Virus record (IMG/VR): IMGVR_UViG_3300027969_003137
Location: 1 to 64,000 of that record
Source: a virus
DNA length: 64,000 bases
Direction: 5' to 3' (one strand)
The notes beneath the pieces were generated by a model, which was given only the letters and a program-made list of their open reading frames with translations, made no database searches and was not told where the DNA came from. The translations under genes were made by a program, and so were the position numbers. Position 1 is the first letter of the stretch, and every line of letters starts with the position of its first letter. This document shows, piece after piece, positions 58,809 through 64,000 of this stretch.

Positions 58809-59189
58809 GTGACTAATCCATTTCGTGATCAAGAAAAGTTCATGCGGGCCTGCGACCAAAGTGTTGGCAAATTTGACGAACTACAATTTGCATTGTATAC
58901 TAATCTTATTACTGAAGAGCATCAAGAATTTCTAGAGGCCACACTAGCAGAAGATCCGATAGAACAATTAGATGCACTTATTGACATACTAGTAGTCACC
59001 ATTGGTGCTATTCACAGCATGGGTGCAGATGCAGAAGGTGCATGGAAAGAAGTAATGATGACTAACTTTGCCAAGATTGATTCGGAGACCGGTAAGGTTC
59101 GCAAGCGTGAAGATGGCAAAGTACTAAAGCCAATCGGTTGGGAGTCACCTGCATTAGGACAGTTTGTATTTAAAAAGGCAAAAGAATGA
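58809..59189 (+). CDS. MazG-like NTP pyrophosphohydrolase
   Basis: LITEEHQE...LDALID...NFAK...KREDGKVLKP. Confidence 0.82.
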   Translation: MTNPFRDQEKFMRACDQSVGKFDELQFALYTNLITEEHQEFLEATLAEDPIEQLDALIDILVVTIGAIHSMGADAEGAWKEVMMTNFAKIDSETGKVRKREDGKVLKPIGWESPALGQFVFKKAKE

Positions 59190-60100
59190 AAGAACTATGG
59201 GTAGAAAAATACCGTCCTAAAACTATTGACGGCTTTGTGTGGCGAGACGAGGCTCAACGTAAACAGGTAATGACCTGGATCAAAGATAAAAGTGTTCCAC
59301 ATCTATTGTTAAGTGGACCACCCGGTATCGGAAAGACCACTATGGCCAAGATGCTGGTAAATGAAATTGGTATCGAAGATGCTGATGTCCTAGAAGTCAA
59401 TGCTAGTAGAGAAACAGGTATTGATTTTATTAGAGACAAGATTGTTCCATTCATTTCTACTATTGCTTGGGGTCCGTTTAAAGTTGTACTACTAGATGAG
59501 GCAGATCGTCTTAGCCCTAATGCACAAGATTCTCTAAAGGGTATCATTGAGGAGTATAGTTCCTTTGCTAGGTTTATTTTAACCTGCAATAGTCCAAATA
59601 AAATTGTTCCTGCTTTGCACAGTAGATGTCAGCAGTTTCATTTTAGCAAACTGGATATGACTGAGTATACTGCAAGAGCTGCTACCATACTGGTCGAAGA
59701 GTCTATTGAATTTGATTTAGAAACATTGGATTTGTATGTTAGTACTGCATATCCAGATTTAAGAAAGTGTATTAACCTGTTGCAACAGCATGTTAATGAT
59801 GATAAACTTCATGTTCCTACAAAAGAAGATGCAGGTACTATGGAGTGGAAGTTTGATATGGTTGCACTTTTCAAAGCTGGAAAAATTACAGAAGCACGTA
59901 AACTAATCTGTAGTAAAATCCGTGTAGAAGAAGTAGAAGAAGTATTTCGTTGGTTGTACGACAATCTTGATGTGTTTGGTGATGATCAAAAACAAGACTC
60001 GGCTATTATCATTATCAAGCAAGGATTAGCTGATCATACATTGGTAGCTGACCCAGAAATCAATCTTGCAGCCACATTGGTCAAGCTGGCACGTCTCTAA
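59186..60100 (+). CDS. Sliding-clamp loader AAA+ subunit (RFC/gp44-like)
   Basis: WVEKYRP, GPPGIGKT, LDEAD, SRC. Confidence 0.92.
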   Translation: MKELWVEKYRPKTIDGFVWRDEAQRKQVMTWIKDKSVPHLLLSGPPGIGKTTMAKMLVNEIGIEDADVLEVNASRETGIDFIRDKIVPFISTIAWGPFKVVLLDEADRLSPNAQDSLKGIIEEYSSFARFILTCNSPNKIVPALHSRCQQFHFSKLDMTEYTARAATILVEESIEFDLETLDLYVSTAYPDLRKCINLLQQHVNDDKLHVPTKEDAGTMEWKFDMVALFKAGKITEARKLICSKIRVEEVEEVFRWLYDNLDVFGDDQKQDSAIIIIKQGLADHTLVADPEINLAATLVKLARL

Positions 60101-60573
60101 TGTCAGATGATAAGTCTAACTCTGCCAAGGGCCGTACCAGCTACGACTCTACATCAACAGGTTCTCTGATACCATTCTTTAATAGGAATGTGTCAGAGTA
60201 TCCCACAGAAGCTGGTGGTGTTAAATTTGATCTAGTGCCTGTCACCAAACAAAAAGATATCATGATTAATCATGCTAGGATTTATGCCCAGCAAGAGTAT
60301 GATCGAATTATGGAACTGGTTGCTGTGTTAGAGAATCAAGCTCAGGCAATTAAGCGACGACTGGATATTACTGATGCCGTACATGGAGCCGTTTATCAAT
60401 TTCAACCTGTAATGGGCAACATCTATTGGCTGGCATGGGATAAACGGAAACAGCATACCTTATTAACACAAAACGGACCGAACAATTGGTCTAGTAGTTC
60501 ACCGGAAGATTACGAATACAAGGCGCAGGTAAAGTATATGGGCGACCATACCTGGATGGAAATAAATGAATAA
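60100..60573 (+). CDS. DUF2452-like protein
   Basis: YQFQPVMGNIYWL...P..W...DHTW. Confidence 0.6.
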   Translation: MSDDKSNSAKGRTSYDSTSTGSLIPFFNRNVSEYPTEAGGVKFDLVPVTKQKDIMINHARIYAQQEYDRIMELVAVLENQAQAIKRRLDITDAVHGAVYQFQPVMGNIYWLAWDKRKQHTLLTQNGPNNWSSSSPEDYEYKAQVKYMGDHTWMEINE

Positions 60574-60811
60574 CAGATATATGATTGTGACCTATGTACA
60601 AAAGTCTGATGGTAAATGGGACGAGCTCACTGAATTTAAAAATAGTATTAGACCAAAACATCTGCAGAATGCCAAGGTCATTCTTGATTTTAGATATAAA
60701 AAAGTCGTCAAAAACACCCTCAATAAAGAAGCTGGATTTGACGACATGTTGGAATTTTACAAGAGGCTGTTAGGAGATCAACTAACACCCTATCTGCCTC
60801 CTGAGCTTTAA
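60566..60811 (+). CDS. Hypothetical protein
   Basis: Coupled ORF. Confidence 0.7.
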   Translation: MNNRYMIVTYVQKSDGKWDELTEFKNSIRPKHLQNAKVILDFRYKKVVKNTLNKEAGFDDMLEFYKRLLGDQLTPYLPPEL

Positions 60812-61548
60812 GTTTCTCCGTAGATTGCTAGTATCTCCTTGACAGCTTCATGGCGTTCAACGTCACTCACAGTAAAATGACAGGTGTCTACATATCTGTG
60901 ATTTTCAAAGTTATTATATAACTTCAGGAATTCAAGCAACCCATTATTGCTTGGGCGGTCGGCCTGCTGTAGATCTCCAGTGACAACCATTCTAGATCCC
61001 TGTCCTAGTCGAGTCAGCAGCATCTTCATCTGACTAGGCGTTGTGTTTTGCATTTCGTCGGCTATAACGATGGCATTCTTAAACGTTCTGCCTCGCATAT
61101 AAGCTAGTGGACTGGTTTCAATGATTCCTTCTGCAACCATATGTTCAATCTCTTTAGCGTTATAATTCTCGGCAATTACATCAAAGATTGGTCTCGTCCA
61201 TGGGGCCATCTTTTCATTAAGATCACCTGGTAAAAACCCGTGTTCCTCATCCACTGAAACAGCTGGTCTGGTAATTATAATTTTATCAACTTCACCGTAC
61301 TTGAGTTGATCCACCGCCCATTGTACAGCTAACATGGTTTTACCCGTGCCGGCTGGACCTGTAGCAAATACGATCATTTTAGTTGAATCGTTTAGCTTTA
61401 ACAGGTAATTTTCTTGATTAAGGTTTTTGGGATATATTTGAACTCTTGGACGTTTTTTGTAGGATGTTGTATCTACTATTTTAATTACGTTAGACTCTTG
61501 GTGATATTGATTAGCTTTCAGTGCTACTGCTGCTCTTTTACGCTTCAT
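60808..61548 (-). CDS. phoH: PhoH-family ATPase
   Basis: GPAGTGKT, GFLPGDL, YMRGRTF, DEMQN, GDLQQAD. Confidence 0.93.
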   Translation of the reverse strand: MKRKRAAVALKANQYHQESNVIKIVDTTSYKKRPRVQIYPKNLNQENYLLKLNDSTKMIVFATGPAGTGKTMLAVQWAVDQLKYGEVDKIIITRPAVSVDEEHGFLPGDLNEKMAPWTRPIFDVIAENYNAKEIEHMVAEGIIETSPLAYMRGRTFKNAIVIADEMQNTTPSQMKMLLTRLGQGSRMVVTGDLQQADRPSNNGLLEFLKLYNNFENHRYVDTCHFTVSDVERHEAVKEILAIYGET

Positions 61549-61567
61549 ATAAGGTTAGCCCTCCTTG

Positions 61568-61620
61568 TTATGTGTTAGGCACGGACCTTTTAACCGACGT
61601 GTCCGTGTACGAACACACAA
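61568..61620 (-). promoter_or_regulatory. Structured 5' leader of phoH
   Basis: Nested stems UUGUGUGUU/AACACAUAA and CACGGAC/GUCCGUG between TAAATA and the AAGGAGG SD. Confidence 0.5.
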
Positions 61621-61692
61621 GTATTTAACTCCAGGATCTAAAAGTTATGTGTTATGTTTGTATTTTGACGATAAATACAATTAGGAGAAATC

Positions 61693-62223
61693 ATGGCCGA
61701 TATTAAAGATATTATACAAAATATAGAACAGCTTTACGGGTCTAATAACAGCTTGAACATGCTTAAAGATTTTGAGCGTGTTGTAGACGAGTTAGATGTC
61801 TATGTTTATGAAAACTGGATTGACGGTGAGCTAGTTGCCGGACCCAAAGAATCACGCTACTTTGTAGAGTGTACATTCATGTGGCCCGAAGAAAAGATGC
61901 CTGAGCCGCAAGGCGGCAAGCGCCTATTAGACTACGGTTGCAAAGTTCAGTACGCTGAAAGCAGCATTTCTAAAGTGCGTAAAATTAAAACCCCAGATGA
62001 TGTTCGTCCTGGTACAAAGAAAGGCAAGATTGATCATGAGCCTGTGTGGATGGTAAAAATTTCCATGCCCAAGAAATTAATGAACGACATCAATCGTGGT
62101 TATAAAAATCTCGATGCAAATAAAGTAGAAGATATACTAAATCAAAATGGAGTAGTAGCAGCTCAACCAGAAGCTACTGCGCCTGCAGAAGGAGCCGCAG
62201 ATGCCGCACAGCCAACAGCTTAA
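61693..62223 (+). CDS. Hypothetical phage protein
   Basis: AGGAG SD, TAAATA at 61672. Confidence 0.8.
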   Translation: MADIKDIIQNIEQLYGSNNSLNMLKDFERVVDELDVYVYENWIDGELVAGPKESRYFVECTFMWPEEKMPEPQGGKRLLDYGCKVQYAESSISKVRKIKTPDDVRPGTKKGKIDHEPVWMVKISMPKKLMNDINRGYKNLDANKVEDILNQNGVVAAQPEATAPAEGAADAAQPTA

Positions 62224-62947
62224 TGAAGGACTACGTCCAATGGACCTAGCCGAAATGGTTAATAAAACTTTTGAAGTAGATACCTTTCGATCAAAGATGG
62301 GCGAGGACCGTGACGTATGTGTATTAACATTCACTGTGCTTGATAGAAATCCTGCAAAGGATCTCATGGAGTTTATCGAGAAGGGCTACGACTTTGTGCT
62401 AGATGCCGATGTCAGCAGTGGCGAGAATACCAATGGCGAGTATAGTGTATTTGTTGAATTGTCAAGAACCAAAGACCTTGCTGAACAGATCAAAGAACTA
62501 ACCTACGGTATTAAAAAACTAACAGGTATTGGTGATTGGGAATTCCGCTATCACAAAGACGGCAAGAAGTTTCAGGTATCAGAAGAAACTCTTAAATCAG
62601 TTATTCCACCATCGCCAGGTGCCTATGATGGACTAATGAGCAAGATGCGTACTGAAGGAATCAAACGTTTCTTCAACAAGACTCTAATGGACGATCTAAC
62701 ACTAGACGGTGATATTATCACCATTCACAAACCTTTTGACCGACAGGTCAAACTGCGTATGGTTAAAGAAGCTGCTACCGATTCTATTCTAGAAGGTGTA
62801 GTAGATCCTATCACAATGGATGATGTTTCTACTAGCGAAATATTTTGGTTAACCAAAGTACTAGGCGACTACAATATCAACAAGGTAGGCGACAAATTTA
62901 TGTTTGACAACAACGGTCAAGCAATGCTATTACAAAGGATAGATTAA
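62201..62947 (+). CDS. Hypothetical phage protein
   Basis: Coupled long ORF. Confidence 0.8.
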   Translation: MPHSQQLNEGLRPMDLAEMVNKTFEVDTFRSKMGEDRDVCVLTFTVLDRNPAKDLMEFIEKGYDFVLDADVSSGENTNGEYSVFVELSRTKDLAEQIKELTYGIKKLTGIGDWEFRYHKDGKKFQVSEETLKSVIPPSPGAYDGLMSKMRTEGIKRFFNKTLMDDLTLDGDIITIHKPFDRQVKLRMVKEAATDSILEGVVDPITMDDVSTSEIFWLTKVLGDYNINKVGDKFMFDNNGQAMLLQRID

Positions 62948-63576
62948 TGAGCTTTACATTCGATTTTACAAAAGACCAACTGAAAGAAATGATTCCCAAG
63001 AATTCCTATGTGGATCAATGGTTTGAAGCATTAGACAATATACTACCAGAGTACGATATCACAACTCCACAACGTGTGGCTGCTTTCCTAGCACAGTGCG
63101 CTCACGAAAGCGGTGGTTTTGTTTTCCTAAAAGAAAACCTAAACTACAAGGCAGCAAGCCTACGCAGAGTGTTTCCCAAGTATTTTCCAGACGATGCCAT
63201 TGCTGCTCAGTATGCTGGCAAGGGCGAAATGATTGCCAATCGAGTGTATGCTAATCGTATGGGCAATGGCTCAGAAGCATCAGGCGATGGATTTAAGTAC
63301 TGCGGTCGTGGGCTTATTCAGTTGACTGGCAAGAACAACTACACATTCTTTGCAGGATCGCTAGACATTCCTGTAGAAGAAGCCAGCGAATACCTACAGA
63401 CATTCGAAGGCGCTGTGCAGTCAGCCTGTTTTTTCTGGGAACAAAACAAACTAAATCAGTACGCAGATAGTGGTGATATTTTAACAATGACCAAACGTAT
63501 CAACGGTGGCACCATTGGTCTAGAAGATCGCATCAAGCATTACGAACACGCATTACACATATTTGGAGCAGCATAA
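62947..63576 (+). CDS. Glycoside hydrolase family 19 endolysin
   Basis: FLAQCAHESGG, ENLNY, GRGLIQLTGKNNY, TKRINGG. Confidence 0.9.
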   Translation: MSFTFDFTKDQLKEMIPKNSYVDQWFEALDNILPEYDITTPQRVAAFLAQCAHESGGFVFLKENLNYKAASLRRVFPKYFPDDAIAAQYAGKGEMIANRVYANRMGNGSEASGDGFKYCGRGLIQLTGKNNYTFFAGSLDIPVEEASEYLQTFEGAVQSACFFWEQNKLNQYADSGDILTMTKRINGGTIGLEDRIKHYEHALHIFGAA

Positions 63577-64000
63577 TGACCCTGATAGGATGGCTGTTCG
63601 GTATTATTCCTGATAGTCTTTTTATTTGGATTACCTATATTCTGTTCGGAATAGGTGTTGTGTTATACTCGGCTAGCAAGTTGGTTCCTTGGATTCCCAT
63701 GATGGGCCAATACAAACTTCCGGCAGAGCTATTTGGTATTGTATTTCTAGTTATAGGTTCCTATATGTTTGGTAGCTATGGAACTGAAATGGTGTGGCGC
63801 GAACGTGTAGCAGAACTAGAAGCAAAAGTTAAGGTTGCCGAAGAAAAAAGTCAACAGGTCAACACAGTTATCGAAACTAAAATAGTTACAAAAGTCAAAG
63901 TCATTAAGGAAAATGTATATGTTAACAGAGAAATCATCAAAGAAGTTGCGGGCAAGCAGTTGGATGCTCAGTGTACTTTGCCTCGGTCTACTGTCAGCTT
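63576..64000 (+). CDS. Inner-membrane spanin-like protein, 3'-truncated
   Basis: TAATG-coupled to the endolysin; TM segments, then coiled coil and a Cys (QCTLP). Confidence 0.55.
   Translation, partial: MTLIGWLFGIIPDSLFIWITYILFGIGVVLYSASKLVPWIPMMGQYKLPAELFGIVFLVIGSYMFGSYGTEMVWRERVAELEAKVKVAEEKSQQVNTVIETKIVTKVKVIKENVYVNREIIKEVAGKQLDAQCTLPRSTVS

Noticed and set aside
1-64000. Alternative genetic code / stop-codon recoding
   Set aside because: Coding density is high and recognisable genes are intact in the standard code; no suppressor tRNA seen

Overview
This is a 64-kb segment of a large, AT-rich tailed dsDNA phage genome (T4-like/jumbo type) read in the standard genetic code. The host is probably proteobacterial, inferred from iscU/iscA/kdsA and consensus sigma70 promoters. 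Layout: (1) 0-27.8 kb is an accessory island with two tRNAs, a fibre-like gene and many tailoring enzymes: 11 2OG-Fe(II)/cupin oxygenase-like genes, 4 PP-loop ATPases, 3 GNAT-like genes, a desaturase and an SGNH hydrolase. It ends in a TctA/TctC transporter locus with duplicated sulfotransferase-like and methyltransferase genes. (2) 27.9-41 kb carries an oversized tRNA-like RNA, thyX, hypothetical early genes and auxiliary genes (queD with a preQ1-like leader, kdsA, glycosyltransferase-like genes, uvsE, SOD, iscU, iscA). (3) 41-57.5 kb is a virion module: a 2448-aa protein with phycobiliprotein-like CxRD repeats, a fibre protein, a subtilase and an Ig-like protein. (4) 57.5-64 kb encodes a DnaE fragment, GroES, a clamp loader, PhoH, a GH19 endolysin and a spanin-like gene. 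All product calls come from motif recognition by eye; no database searches were run.
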